A DNA stretch of 64,000 nt from Candidatus Poseidoniaceae archaeon (GTDB taxonomy: Archaea > Thermoplasmatota > Poseidoniia > Poseidoniales > Poseidoniaceae): the NCBI GenBank assembly GCA_030747785.1, contig JASLKC010000024.1, forward strand, positions 6,235 through 70,234, in the 5' to 3' direction. Below the pieces are notes generated by a model. It ran no database searches. It was not told the origin of the DNA and was given only the letters and a program-made list of their open reading frames with translations. The translations under genes were made by a program, and so were the position numbers. The stretch's first letter is position 1. Every line of letters begins with the position of its first letter. This document shows, piece by piece, positions 10,901 to 19,741 of the stretch.

Positions 10901-11031
10901 TTATGAATGTCGCAAAGAAAGGCGATGAAGAATATGTTTCTGAATTGGAAGTTTCAAACGCAATAGCGGAAAATTCTGATGCAAGGGTTCCAGAATTACC
11001 CCCAGTAGGTCCACCTCCAGGTGGACTGTGA
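7960..11031 (+). CDS. Membrane-anchored extracellular amidohydrolase with two N-terminal lamin-tail (LTD) domains
   Basis: Signal peptide MRRIIVAFVLIF; two repeats ISEIL..QYI(E/Q)LTN.G...VD(L/I)S.W.LDD; PGLIDLHNH, VHLSEG, IHGT and APDW metal ligands; GCMD..ATNFD..A..DDGTC motif; C-terminal TM and Pro-rich tail. Confidence 0.85.
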   Translation: MRRIIVAFVLIFATIPAGFVTADGTHDVGWTINTEDYKGVTISEILVSPSDEAHDGVDWNSDGVIGIQSDQYIELTNDGSSIVDLSNWTLDDDTNGGSAPCQILNMSIAVGESITFYRATTKIALEYFDADFAVLKEPDGTIQSQFHYPGEDSDWDKVYAKGNNGLLIKEDPTPSSVQGTCIAGNATGEPGDYSDSGEWTINENNYLGVMISEILASTSDAENGGTDLDGDGELYRNSEQYIQLTNNGSNDVDISEWILDDNPAGGSAPCQIGWDTTIAVGESIVFYRAKTHIEFDYFEEDFAVLKEPSGTVQSQIHYPAEDSFFDKAYTVNANGSLTKEDPSPASRHGTCFPLPDNSEDTYILQGRVVTMSGENNVIEDGNVMIEDGKIVAVWADDEIPPINTDGITTYDTEASIYPGLIDLHNHMHYNHIPLWDFNVHLSDSQKSDEGGYENRYQWGNNWDYGPSITWMKNNVQDYNRWDMSSEQMKYAEVQAVAGGVTAVQGSPSSGTDPWDSMLSRNVELYNFGQDGMYTCAVCGPTEGDYNADYIIDKNISGSLNAWFVHLSEGVDSSSKSEFDTLYNKGLIMDETVVIHGTALDQSQFEKMGDKGAGLVWSPISNLLLYGDTTDVVAADNAGVTISLAPDWGPSGSKNNLHELKVADLWNKDVLGNHFSDYELAEMVTSNPAEISNWQGFVGQIKPGMYADLMVVDSFHENPYRNLIDAIDPDIRLTIVHGKAVFGDIDIMTAMNGDDWEYINGSGFAKAVDVTSPSETEGMQTWVEIESGLSMAMRNEFVDIKANWNDVSGMTDSEINDWLDTTFDGDYKDNVNHLKNMTLDPIFTIHDERYFDVINRSAHANFHIDMSKLYDYYDIAYDANSNRPYITDSDYSNDTNVDPGPDPDPDPMKEGCMDSDATNFDSLAEVDDGTCVYPQADSDGPCVGICGTGDDSTAGENGVGTNTILITVASFILAIIFIGALIMNVAKKGDEEYVSELEVSNAIAENSDARVPELPPVGPPPGGL

Positions 11032-12513
11032 TTAGTTAAGGTCCCAAGTTGGTCCTTCGGGAGTATCGGTAACAACAACACCCAACGCATTGAGTTCATC
11101 GCGTATTGCATCGGCAGAAGGCCAATCCTTCGCCTCTCTTGCTACAACTCTTCGTGCGAGAAGTGACTCTACTTGTTCGGCGATTTCTGCCTTTCTCGGG
11201 TCCTCTTCAGGCTCTAACATCACTTGCTCTCGTGAGGGGAGAACTCCCAAGACATCACCGGCGGTATCCTCGAGCCATTCGACAACATGTAAGGCGTATG
11301 CAGCTACATCATCTCCATCGAGTTCGGTTAACATGCGGCTCATTTCACGCAATGCACCAAGCACTTTTGCACATGCCTCTCGGGAATTGAAATCATCATC
11401 CATAGCCTTGGCGAATCCTTGGGCCATCTTCTCTAGGAGTCCAAGACTCTTGACAATTGGAACAGCACTGGCAATATCTCCCTCGGGTAAAGGAACCGGA
11501 TCTTCTCCCATTAATTCCAGAGCAGCTTTGTACACACTGATTAATCGCTCGTGATTCTTTGCTGCATCTTTGATGAGTTGTTCATTCATATCGATTGGTG
11601 AGCGATAATGAGCATTGATGAGTGAAAATCGTAATACAAGTGGGTCAACCTTGCCGAGTATGTCTTCAATCGTCCAGAAGTTACCCAATGACTTACTCAT
11701 CTTTTCTCCATCGATATTTACGAATCCATTGTGAAGCCAATGATGAACAACTGGTGAACACCCAGTATGGCACTCACCTTGGAAAATCTCTGCCTCATGA
11801 TGAGGGAATAACAAATCATGACCTCCACCGTGGATGTCGAATTGCTCTCCAAATGCATCCATGCTCATTGCAGTACATTCGATGTGCCAGCCCGGTCTAC
11901 CTGGCCCCCACGGTGAATCCCATGTCGGTTCACCGGGCTTCGCCGCTTTCCACAATGCGAAATCCTTGTGATCACGCTTGGTCGCACCAGTATCATCGAC
12001 TCTGCCCCCAGCACCTGAACGTACTGCATCGATATTCTGTCCTGTAAGGAGTCCATATTTTTCAGGAGCACTATCAACGCTGAAGTAGACTCCATCGTCT
12101 GCCGCATAGGCATTACCTTTCTCAATCAGGTCGGCAGTAATTGCAATCATCTCTTCCACATACTCTGTACATCGAGGGTACTGGTCTGCTCTCAGAATGT
12201 TAAGGGTATCCATATCGCGGAAATATGTGGCGATATTATCTTCGACAAGTTCTCTCCAATCGCTGCCGGTTTCATTGGCTCGATTGATGATTTTATCATC
12301 GATATCTGTGAAATTTTGTACATATTCTACATCATACCCTGACTTTTCAAGCCAACGATGAATCAAGTCGAATGCAAGATAGCATCTTGCATGACCAAGA
12401 TGGCAAAGGTCGTAGACAGTGACGCCGCAAATATACATCTTCACACGCCCAGGTTCCATAGTCGAGAAGTCGACCTTCTCACGGCGCCTAGTGTCGTGTA
12501 CACGTAGTGGCAT
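11032..12513 (-). CDS. cysS: Cysteine--tRNA ligase
   Basis: [50 protein letters not shown]. Start moved to ATG 12513. Confidence 0.97.
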   Translation of the reverse strand: MPLRVHDTRRREKVDFSTMEPGRVKMYICGVTVYDLCHLGHARCYLAFDLIHRWLEKSGYDVEYVQNFTDIDDKIINRANETGSDWRELVEDNIATYFRDMDTLNILRADQYPRCTEYVEEMIAITADLIEKGNAYAADDGVYFSVDSAPEKYGLLTGQNIDAVRSGAGGRVDDTGATKRDHKDFALWKAAKPGEPTWDSPWGPGRPGWHIECTAMSMDAFGEQFDIHGGGHDLLFPHHEAEIFQGECHTGCSPVVHHWLHNGFVNIDGEKMSKSLGNFWTIEDILGKVDPLVLRFSLINAHYRSPIDMNEQLIKDAAKNHERLISVYKAALELMGEDPVPLPEGDIASAVPIVKSLGLLEKMAQGFAKAMDDDFNSREACAKVLGALREMSRMLTELDGDDVAAYALHVVEWLEDTAGDVLGVLPSREQVMLEPEEDPRKAEIAEQVESLLARRVVAREAKDWPSADAIRDELNALGVVVTDTPEGPTWDLN

Positions 12514-12529
12514 CACCCCTTCGGGGTGA
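12513..12529. promoter_or_regulatory. Triloop hairpin TCACCCC-GAA-GGGGTGA (minus-strand reading) at the cysS start
   Basis: Perfect 7-bp inverted repeat ending on the A of the cysS ATG; TTGAA 30 nt upstream. Confidence 0.55.
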
Positions 12530-12586
12530 ATCGTCCTATTCAACGATGTGGGCATGGCTTGAAGACAAGAGGCCCAATGGGCACTC

Positions 12587-13549
12587 ATGGCAGGTCCAGT
12601 CGTTGTCACCGGCGTGAATGGCCACATTGGCAATAATCTTGCTAGAGACTTGCTTGCAAATGGTTACTCGGTGAGAGGGACTGTTCGCGATTTAAGCAAA
12701 ACCCCAGATCTCGATATCGAAGTTATGGTTGCAGATGTATTGTCCACCGATGGTTGGGCCCCAGTACTCGAAGGCGCTAGTGGTCTTTTTCATCTTGCTA
12801 CAATCTATGCTACTAGCGGTAATGGGCAATTGATTATCGATACTGCTAATCGCGGCACTGAGAACGTATTAAGGGCCGCTGCAGCTGCTGGAATCAAACG
12901 TGTTGTATACACTTCATCTGTTGCAGCAATTGGCTCGTTACCTCTTGGGGTAAAAGATGAATCCAACTGGAATGAGAATTTTTCATTACCCTATACAAGA
13001 GCAAAAACCGAATCTGAAAAACGGGCATGGGAATTGGCTGAAGAATTGGATTTGGACCTTCGTGTTATCAATCCAAGCGGCGTTCTTGGTGGCAGTTTCT
13101 CCAGACCTACTCCTTCAACAGATGTTATCGGTGATGCACTGAAAGGAAAATATCCCATAGTACCCAAAATACCTCTCGCATTCGTTCATGTAAACGATGT
13201 GGCAAAGGCACACCGGCTTGCATTTGAGAATGATGATGCTCACGGGAGATATATTCTCGCACCGCACCAAGACACAGATATTCACAAGTTATTGAAGAGG
13301 GGAAAGGAATTGTATCCAAAATCAAAACTTCCAAAAATCGGGCTTTCGCTTTGGCTACTGCCGGTTGTAGTATTCCAGGATTGGTTCCAAGGAATTTTCA
13401 CAGGGAAACGCATGCTTACGAGAAAAGCTGCGAAAGCTTTTGCCAGAGGAGATTCAAAATACAGTAGTGCAAAAGCCGAGAAAGAACTAGGAATGGAGTG
13501 GATGTCTATCGATGATTGCATCCGTGATACTGTGGAGGCTTACCTATGA
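12587..13549 (+). CDS. NAD-dependent epimerase/dehydratase (extended SDR, dihydroflavonol-reductase-like)
   Basis: VTGVNGHIG Rossmann motif, TSSVAA, YTRAK catalytic YxxxK, FVHVNDVA. Confidence 0.9.
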   Translation: MAGPVVVTGVNGHIGNNLARDLLANGYSVRGTVRDLSKTPDLDIEVMVADVLSTDGWAPVLEGASGLFHLATIYATSGNGQLIIDTANRGTENVLRAAAAAGIKRVVYTSSVAAIGSLPLGVKDESNWNENFSLPYTRAKTESEKRAWELAEELDLDLRVINPSGVLGGSFSRPTPSTDVIGDALKGKYPIVPKIPLAFVHVNDVAKAHRLAFENDDAHGRYILAPHQDTDIHKLLKRGKELYPKSKLPKIGLSLWLLPVVVFQDWFQGIFTGKRMLTRKAAKAFARGDSKYSSAKAEKELGMEWMSIDDCIRDTVEAYL

Positions 13550-14205
13550 TTGAAGACAAACTAGCAGCACGTCTGGGGTGGTCAATCCCTGCTGCCACAA
13601 TTACTCTCTCCACACTTGTTCATGCAATTTCAGGTAATGCTCGTGCCATTCCTTTCTTCATTAGCGAAGGTGACCATCCTGGACTTGAGCGATGGATTTT
13701 CACCGCTGGTCTTGCTTTTTCCGGCCTAGTATTGATGTGGGTCTCATGGAGATTATTCCAAGTAAAACGCGAAGGTTCACGCTGGTATTGGATTCACCTT
13801 TCCCTCCTCGCTGGACTTTGGGTTGGTGGAAATCTCACAATAATGTCATTCATGGATATGTATGACCATCCAGAAATGCATGTCATAACCGCACTGAATG
13901 TATTCCATTTCGGCCTTGTATGGGGCGTACTTGCACATCTTGCGATAAAAGACGGAAATCTCGCAGGCAAAAAACTCAGAATGGCTTCGATTATACTCGC
14001 TTTCACATCGTTTTGGATAATGACTTGGACTATGGGTGAGGCTTTCGCGGAAAACCCTGAAGCGCTCACGCCCCCACTTGCGCTTAGCGAAGTACAAGGC
14101 TGGATAGACTATGCTGCACCAGCCGAATATCTCTTGGCTGTAGGATTAATTTTGACTCTAGCATCATTTGAGAAAGATTTCGATTCCAATGAGGAAGAGG
14201 AGTGA
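13546..14205 (+). CDS. Multi-pass membrane protein, Frag1/DRAM/Sfk1-like
   Basis: About 6 hydrophobic segments; PFFISE..HPGLERWIF and C-terminal EY resemble the family pattern. Confidence 0.6.
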   Translation: MIEDKLAARLGWSIPAATITLSTLVHAISGNARAIPFFISEGDHPGLERWIFTAGLAFSGLVLMWVSWRLFQVKREGSRWYWIHLSLLAGLWVGGNLTIMSFMDMYDHPEMHVITALNVFHFGLVWGVLAHLAIKDGNLAGKKLRMASIILAFTSFWIMTWTMGEAFAENPEALTPPLALSEVQGWIDYAAPAEYLLAVGLILTLASFEKDFDSNEEEE

Positions 14206-14206
14206 A

Positions 14207-14848
14207 ATGCCAACATTACTCATCGTAGATCTTCTTGCCGAACGCGAGGCTTTCGGAGAGCATGGTACTGGTGAAATTGTGCGGCATTTTCCCGGCTATG
14301 AAGTTCTACTTTGGGCACCTCATACTGAAAATCCCAGAGAGTATCCTTTCGGGGAAAGAATCGAATCTCCTGTTGAACACGATGTATTATTCATCACAGG
14401 TAGTAGACGCAATGTTTCGATGTGGGAGCCTTGGATGGACGAAGTCGCAGAACTGATTCGCTCGAGTGAGGCCCCCATCTATGGAATCTGTTTTGGCCAT
14501 CAGATAATTTGCAGTGCTTTGGGTGGCAAAGTAATACGAGAAGAAGTTGGGAGCCATTTTGTCGCACCAGTTCACTATCTCGATGGCCGAGTAGTAGACC
14601 AATTATTCACACATCAAGATCATGTGGTTGATGCTGGCGAAATGGAAGTAATCGCATCTTCTGAACACTGCGAAATCGTTGCATGCAAGCACCCTACCAG
14701 GGAAATAAGCACAGTGCAATTCCATCCTGAATCAGTCCAGTCCGTGCTAGAACATTCACTGATATGTGGCGATATGACTATCGAAGAAAGGATGGCTTTT
14801 GGCGAGGGTATTCAAACCCTCGATGTGGCACAATCACTCTTCCTCTGA
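14207..14848 (+). CDS. Class I glutamine amidotransferase-like protein
   Basis: ITGS, GICFGHQ (Cys nucleophile), HQD, QFHPE. Confidence 0.9.
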   Translation: MPTLLIVDLLAEREAFGEHGTGEIVRHFPGYEVLLWAPHTENPREYPFGERIESPVEHDVLFITGSRRNVSMWEPWMDEVAELIRSSEAPIYGICFGHQIICSALGGKVIREEVGSHFVAPVHYLDGRVVDQLFTHQDHVVDAGEMEVIASSEHCEIVACKHPTREISTVQFHPESVQSVLEHSLICGDMTIEERMAFGEGIQTLDVAQSLFL

Positions 14849-16864
14849 TTTCAAAGCAGTGATTTTTTCATCATTTGCTTTGATCTGTTGCCATACGATT
14901 TCGGCAATATCCTTGACTTCGATATCCGAGCCTATTGAAGAGAGTCCATCTGTAACCATTGTCGAACAGAATGGGCAACCTACTGCTACTGTATTAGCAC
15001 CAGTTGAGGCCAACTCCTTAGCACGAATTATATTCACGCGGTCGTGGTCATCGTCCACATGTTCTTCCATCCACATTTGCGCACCTCCTGCTCCACAGCA
15101 GAAAGAGTTCCTACCATGGTTTTCAGTCTCGATATCAACTCCGCCAATCGCATCTCGAGGAGCGTCGATTTCTCCACCGATTCTACCGAGATAACACGGG
15201 TCGTGGTAAGTGATGTTTCCATCGTGGCCAGGTTCCGGTAATTTTCCTTCACCCTGAAGATGATTGATTAACTGAGAGTGGTGCATGACCTCGATATCTT
15301 CACCGCCGAAGTCCTTGTATTCTGTTCCAAGAGTATGGAAACAATGAGGGCAGGACGCTACGATTTTCTTTACTCCAATCTCCTCAAAGGTAGCAAGATT
15401 TGTCTCAGCGAGCATTTGGAATAGATACTCATTTCCTGCACGTCGTGCTGCATCACCGCTACAACCTTCTTGCATTCCGAGGATTCCAACATCTAGACCT
15501 GCCTCTTTCATAATGGAAATAGTGTCACGTGCAACCTTCTTGTTGCGCTCATCGAATGAAGCTGCACAACCTGCGAAGTAAATGTACTCTGCAGCCTCTC
15601 CAACTTTAACATCGAGATCATTTGCCCAGTCACCACGCTCATGCATTGGAATTCCATAGGGGTTGGAATCGCTTTCGAGATTCTCGATAGTGGACATTAG
15701 TGGCATAACGGTCTCTTCGACCTTCTCATCAAACTCCATGCGTTCCATCATCAAGTGACGACGAGCATCGGTCAATTTTGGTACATGCTCGATATTTACC
15801 GGGCAAACATCGACACATGCATTGCAAGTTGTACAAGCCCAAATCGCTTCTTCACCAAAACGAGTGATAATGTCCTCCTCGGGTTGTTCTCCCTTGAGAA
15901 GTAATTGAGCATGGTCGTTTGCATATCCTCTGACATCGTGAATAATCTGCATAGGGTTGAGGGCTTTTCCACTAGCATATGCGGGACAAACATCTTGACA
16001 TCGCGCACAGGAAGTACAAGCCCAACCATCAATCAAACTGCGCCAGGTTAGTTGTGTATACTGAGAGGCCCCAAATGTCTCTATGTCGAGATCATCGAGA
16101 GGAACCGCTGTTCCATTTTCATCCATTTGGAGAGGACGCATCTTACCAACAGGCTGGGTATCGAAAAAGAAAACATTTGGTAATGCCATTACTAAGTGCA
16201 TATGTTTGGATAATGGTATTAGGAAAAGGAAGGTACAAATCGCCACCATATGTGCCCAGTATGCGATATTTACAGTGCTTTGACTAGGCGAATATGTATC
16301 GGCAACCCATGCACCAATCATTTCCCAAGTCTTGTGAGGACCCTCTCCTGCTTCAACCACGAAAGCAGTAGTACAGATTGTCATTATCAATAATAGAATG
16401 ACATTACCTTCGAGTTGGCTCTTGCCCTTCAATTTCTCAGGAGTGAAAAGCACCCTGCGATTTAGTGCGAGGAAACAACCGATTAAGGCGCTGGTATATC
16501 CAAGTTCAACCATCGCATTCCAAGCAGGGTTAAGCAAATCTGGCAATAGATATTCAGAGAACCTATTTCCCGATGCAAGGTCGAACATGTCCGTGGAAAG
16601 CATGAGGAATCCCCAGAACATGAGAACGTGCATTCCTCCCGCTACAGGGTCTTCCAATACCTTGCGTTGGCCAAGCCAAACAGATGCTGTTTCTTTGAGG
16701 CGCTTACCCCATGAATCGAAGCGATTATCTTTTGCGCCGAGCCTAACAAGCCGTGTTGCTTTGATGACTTGGTAAGAAAAGAAACCAATTGAAACTACAC
16801 CGAGAACCAGAAGGATGTACCAACCGGATATACCCGAATAGCTGACATCGAGTGGGTGCTGCAT
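14834..16864 (-). CDS. Membrane-bound Fe-S oxidoreductase (FadF/HdrD-like, CCG domains)
   Basis: N-terminal TM region; two CxxCxxCxxxCP ferredoxin motifs; SCPHC, YHDPCYLGR, CCGAGG, GCPFC. Confidence 0.9.
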   Translation of the reverse strand: MQHPLDVSYSGISGWYILLVLGVVSIGFFSYQVIKATRLVRLGAKDNRFDSWGKRLKETASVWLGQRKVLEDPVAGGMHVLMFWGFLMLSTDMFDLASGNRFSEYLLPDLLNPAWNAMVELGYTSALIGCFLALNRRVLFTPEKLKGKSQLEGNVILLLIMTICTTAFVVEAGEGPHKTWEMIGAWVADTYSPSQSTVNIAYWAHMVAICTFLFLIPLSKHMHLVMALPNVFFFDTQPVGKMRPLQMDENGTAVPLDDLDIETFGASQYTQLTWRSLIDGWACTSCARCQDVCPAYASGKALNPMQIIHDVRGYANDHAQLLLKGEQPEEDIITRFGEEAIWACTTCNACVDVCPVNIEHVPKLTDARRHLMMERMEFDEKVEETVMPLMSTIENLESDSNPYGIPMHERGDWANDLDVKVGEAAEYIYFAGCAASFDERNKKVARDTISIMKEAGLDVGILGMQEGCSGDAARRAGNEYLFQMLAETNLATFEEIGVKKIVASCPHCFHTLGTEYKDFGGEDIEVMHHSQLINHLQGEGKLPEPGHDGNITYHDPCYLGRIGGEIDAPRDAIGGVDIETENHGRNSFCCGAGGAQMWMEEHVDDDHDRVNIIRAKELASTGANTVAVGCPFCSTMVTDGLSSIGSDIEVKDIAEIVWQQIKANDEKITALKSEEE

Positions 16865-16866
16865 TA

Positions 16867-16883
16867 AGCCCACGAAGTGGGCT
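16867..16883. promoter_or_regulatory. Triloop hairpin AGCCCAC-GAA-GTGGGCT
   Basis: Perfect 7-bp inverted repeat 2 nt from the ATG at 16864, in the divergent gap with mvk. Confidence 0.55.
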
Positions 16884-16924
16884 CACGACTTCAACCCAAC
16901 GGAGAAGTACCGGGGACGCAACGC

Positions 16925-18028
16925 ATGAACATGGTGCAGGCGAGCGCGCCCGGCAAGTGCATCCTCTTCGGAGAGCATGCGGTAGTTTACGGGCAACCTG
17001 CGGTTGCTGTAGCCATCGATCAACGAATGGCAGTAAACATCGAAGTCAGTGAGGACTGGAAGATTGACGGCTTGCGTTTCTCTCCACATAAGCATCCACA
17101 TGTCGAGGCACTAAAACAGCGACTATGGGCTAATGGACCTTCACTTTCAATAAAGGTCATAGGAACGATTCCTGCTGCTTCAGGACTTGGTTCATCTGCG
17201 GCCTTATCTGTTGCTGCTTCCGCTGCACTAAGGTGTGCTCGAGGCCGTCAAATCAAGGATGACGACTGGTCGGAAGGCTGGACTGCATCAAGGCCAAATG
17301 GAGTTTACGAAGGTCCATGGTCTGCTGACAAAGGAGATGAAATCTACAACGGGGCCAAAGCGGTCGATGAGGATGAATGTGCAATTCTCGCCCATGCTGT
17401 TGAGGCTGCGGCCCAAGGTGGCAAGGCATCACCAATCGATTCTAGCACATGTGCTCACGGTGGTTGTATCGTACTTTCTAACAAAATAGAAAAGGATCTG
17501 AATTGGCTATATTCAAGAAATTTAAATGATGTTTCTTGGGAAGTTCATTCGGTAGAACTACCAGAGAGCATGGAGGATGTTTGGCTTGTAATTGGCAATA
17601 CTGGTATTCGTGCCCCTACCGCTGAACAAGTAGCAATTGTTGCAAGAACATTGGAATCTGAACCCGAGAGAATGTTGGAGATTGAGACGATTGGAATTAT
17701 CGCTCGAAGAGGAATATCTGCACTGATGAATGGGGATATGGAAGGTGTTGGTAGAGCAATGAGTGAAAATCATCTCCTCTTGAGAAATCTTGGAGTCTCT
17801 TGTCCTGAATTAGAGAATCTAATCGCGGCAGCTGCACCTTCTTCCCTTGGAGTGAAATTAACTGGTGCTGGAGGTGGTGGTTGTATGATTGCTCTAACCC
17901 GAGATGCAAGAGCAACAAGTGAGGCAATTGAGCTTGCTGGAGGGCGCACCTTGATTTCTAGGCTCGGAGCGCACGGTTTAGAGGTAGACAGCGAGGCTGA
18001 TTCACCACTTTGGAACCCCTTTGAATGA
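16925..18028 (+). CDS. mvk: Mevalonate kinase
   Basis: APGKCILFGEHAVVYG, PAASGLGSSAA (GHMP motif), KLTGAGGGG. Confidence 0.92.
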   Translation: MNMVQASAPGKCILFGEHAVVYGQPAVAVAIDQRMAVNIEVSEDWKIDGLRFSPHKHPHVEALKQRLWANGPSLSIKVIGTIPAASGLGSSAALSVAASAALRCARGRQIKDDDWSEGWTASRPNGVYEGPWSADKGDEIYNGAKAVDEDECAILAHAVEAAAQGGKASPIDSSTCAHGGCIVLSNKIEKDLNWLYSRNLNDVSWEVHSVELPESMEDVWLVIGNTGIRAPTAEQVAIVARTLESEPERMLEIETIGIIARRGISALMNGDMEGVGRAMSENHLLLRNLGVSCPELENLIAAAAPSSLGVKLTGAGGGGCMIALTRDARATSEAIELAGGRTLISRLGAHGLEVDSEADSPLWNPFE

Positions 18029-18038
18029 CGGATTTGCC

Positions 18039-18046
18039 TTATATAG
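18039..18046 (+). promoter_or_regulatory. Canonical TATA box of tbp (TTATATAG)
   Basis: Starts 29 nt upstream of the tbp ATG, consistent with a leaderless archaeal transcript. Confidence 0.65.
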
Positions 18047-18067
18047 GGGTATATAATCCGCCGTCAC

Positions 18068-18697
18068 ATGAACGATGAGGACCGTCTTACTGTTGTCAAT
18101 GTTGTCGCCAGCACCCGCGTTGCGGAAGAATTAGACCTGCCGGATATCGCAATTCAGTTGAATTGTGAATATGAACCCGAGCAGTTTCCTGGTGTTGTCT
18201 ACCGTGTAACTGAACCAAAACTCGCAATCCTAATGTTCCGCTCCGGCCGTGCAGTATGCACTGGTGGAAAGAATGAGGATAACATCCACACAGGTATTGA
18301 GCGAATGATCGATGATTTGCGCTCAGCAGGAATTACCACATGGGATTTGAAGGACGTCGAAATCGAAGTCCAGAATATGGTTGCAACATATGCACTTCAC
18401 TACCCTGAAGACTACGATGGACTTCAGAGAATGGATACTCAAGAGATGAAGAAAGGAGACCCACTTGCTGGACTACCTCGAAAGTTGAACTTGAACAACC
18501 TAACCTTCCACCTTCCATTCGACAAGGTCGAATATGAGCCAGAGCAGTTCCCGGGACTGATTTACCGCCTTGACTACCCTAAGGTTGTCTGTCTTATTTT
18601 CGGATCCGGAAAGATGGTAATCACTGGTGCACGCCACAAGGACGAGATTCTTGAAGCGGTACAGATTATCCAGGACGAGCTGGCAGACCTGCTCTGA
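18068..18697 (+). CDS. tbp: TATA-box-binding protein with an insertion in repeat 2
   Basis: Two repeats: NVVAS..YEPEQFPG..MFRSG..CTG and NMVAT..YEPEQFPG..IFGSGKMVITG. Confidence 0.97.
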   Translation: MNDEDRLTVVNVVASTRVAEELDLPDIAIQLNCEYEPEQFPGVVYRVTEPKLAILMFRSGRAVCTGGKNEDNIHTGIERMIDDLRSAGITTWDLKDVEIEVQNMVATYALHYPEDYDGLQRMDTQEMKKGDPLAGLPRKLNLNNLTFHLPFDKVEYEPEQFPGLIYRLDYPKVVCLIFGSGKMVITGARHKDEILEAVQIIQDELADLL

Positions 18698-18703
18698 TTG
18701 ACC

Positions 18704-19741
18704 ATGATTGGTTGGATTACAACCTGGGATATCAGGTGCGGTATCGCCACATACTCCGCATTCCTATCGCGTGAGTTTGACGAGGAAGTAACGATTCTTT
18801 GTCAAAAAGGCGAAGGTGAAAAGGGAAGCAAAGACGTCATCCCGTGTTGGGAAAGAGACACCAATGATTTTTCTGGAATCCTATCGCAGATTTCGATTCT
18901 TGGAATTGAAAAAATCATTATCCAACACCAACCAGGATTGTTGAGATTTTCATATCTAAACGAATTATTGTTGACCCTTTCTAGAATGGAGATTAAGGTC
19001 ATTATTACAATGCATAATACGAGAGACCGTTCTCTTGTTTTCCCTTCAAAGCGCATCGAAAAAGCAATTGAAGGACTCCGAACTGTTTCTACTGTAATGG
19101 TACATTCAAATGCTGATGTCGAGAACCTCTCAGCACTTGGGATTAAAGCAAATGTCACAATGATACCTCATGGGATTTATCCTCCTCCTTCAGAAGATAC
19201 TGAAGGATTGGAACTCAGTGGAAAGACAATTGCAACTTTTGGATTCCTCTTACCCCACAAAGGTCAAGTCGAATTGATCGAGGCCTTTGCAAGATTGGAG
19301 GGTTGGGATTCTCTTCTGCTATTATGTGCGGTTCGAGAAGGAACTGGAAAAACTTTGGACAAGTGCAAACGCCTTATTACAAAACATGGTCTGGAAAATA
19401 GAGTGCAAATCATTACCGAATTTTTGGATGATGAAGTTGCAGTCAAGACTCTTGCAGGTTGTGACCTTCTAGTATTCCCATATCAAAACACAAAGGAAAG
19501 CGCATCCGGAGCGGTTCGAATGGGGGTTGCATCTGGAGCCCCCCTTGCCGTCACTCCCATCCCAATTTTCGATGATATCGAAGGTGCAATTAGACTTCCT
19601 GGAACTTCAGTCGACGATATTGTCAAGGGAATTCAAGCCATTGATGAATCACAGATGGATGCTTCCAAAAAAGCCATTGTCAAACTAAGAGATTCCTTAC
19701 AATGGAGTGAAGTCGCAAATAGACTTCAAGCATTATTTTGA
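18704..19741 (+). CDS. Glycosyltransferase family 4 (GT-B)
   Basis: CGIATYS, IPHG, FGFLLPHKG, LVFPY..ESASGA motifs. Confidence 0.88.
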   Translation: MIGWITTWDIRCGIATYSAFLSREFDEEVTILCQKGEGEKGSKDVIPCWERDTNDFSGILSQISILGIEKIIIQHQPGLLRFSYLNELLLTLSRMEIKVIITMHNTRDRSLVFPSKRIEKAIEGLRTVSTVMVHSNADVENLSALGIKANVTMIPHGIYPPPSEDTEGLELSGKTIATFGFLLPHKGQVELIEAFARLEGWDSLLLLCAVREGTGKTLDKCKRLITKHGLENRVQIITEFLDDEVAVKTLAGCDLLVFPYQNTKESASGAVRMGVASGAPLAVTPIPIFDDIEGAIRLPGTSVDDIVKGIQAIDESQMDASKKAIVKLRDSLQWSEVANRLQALF

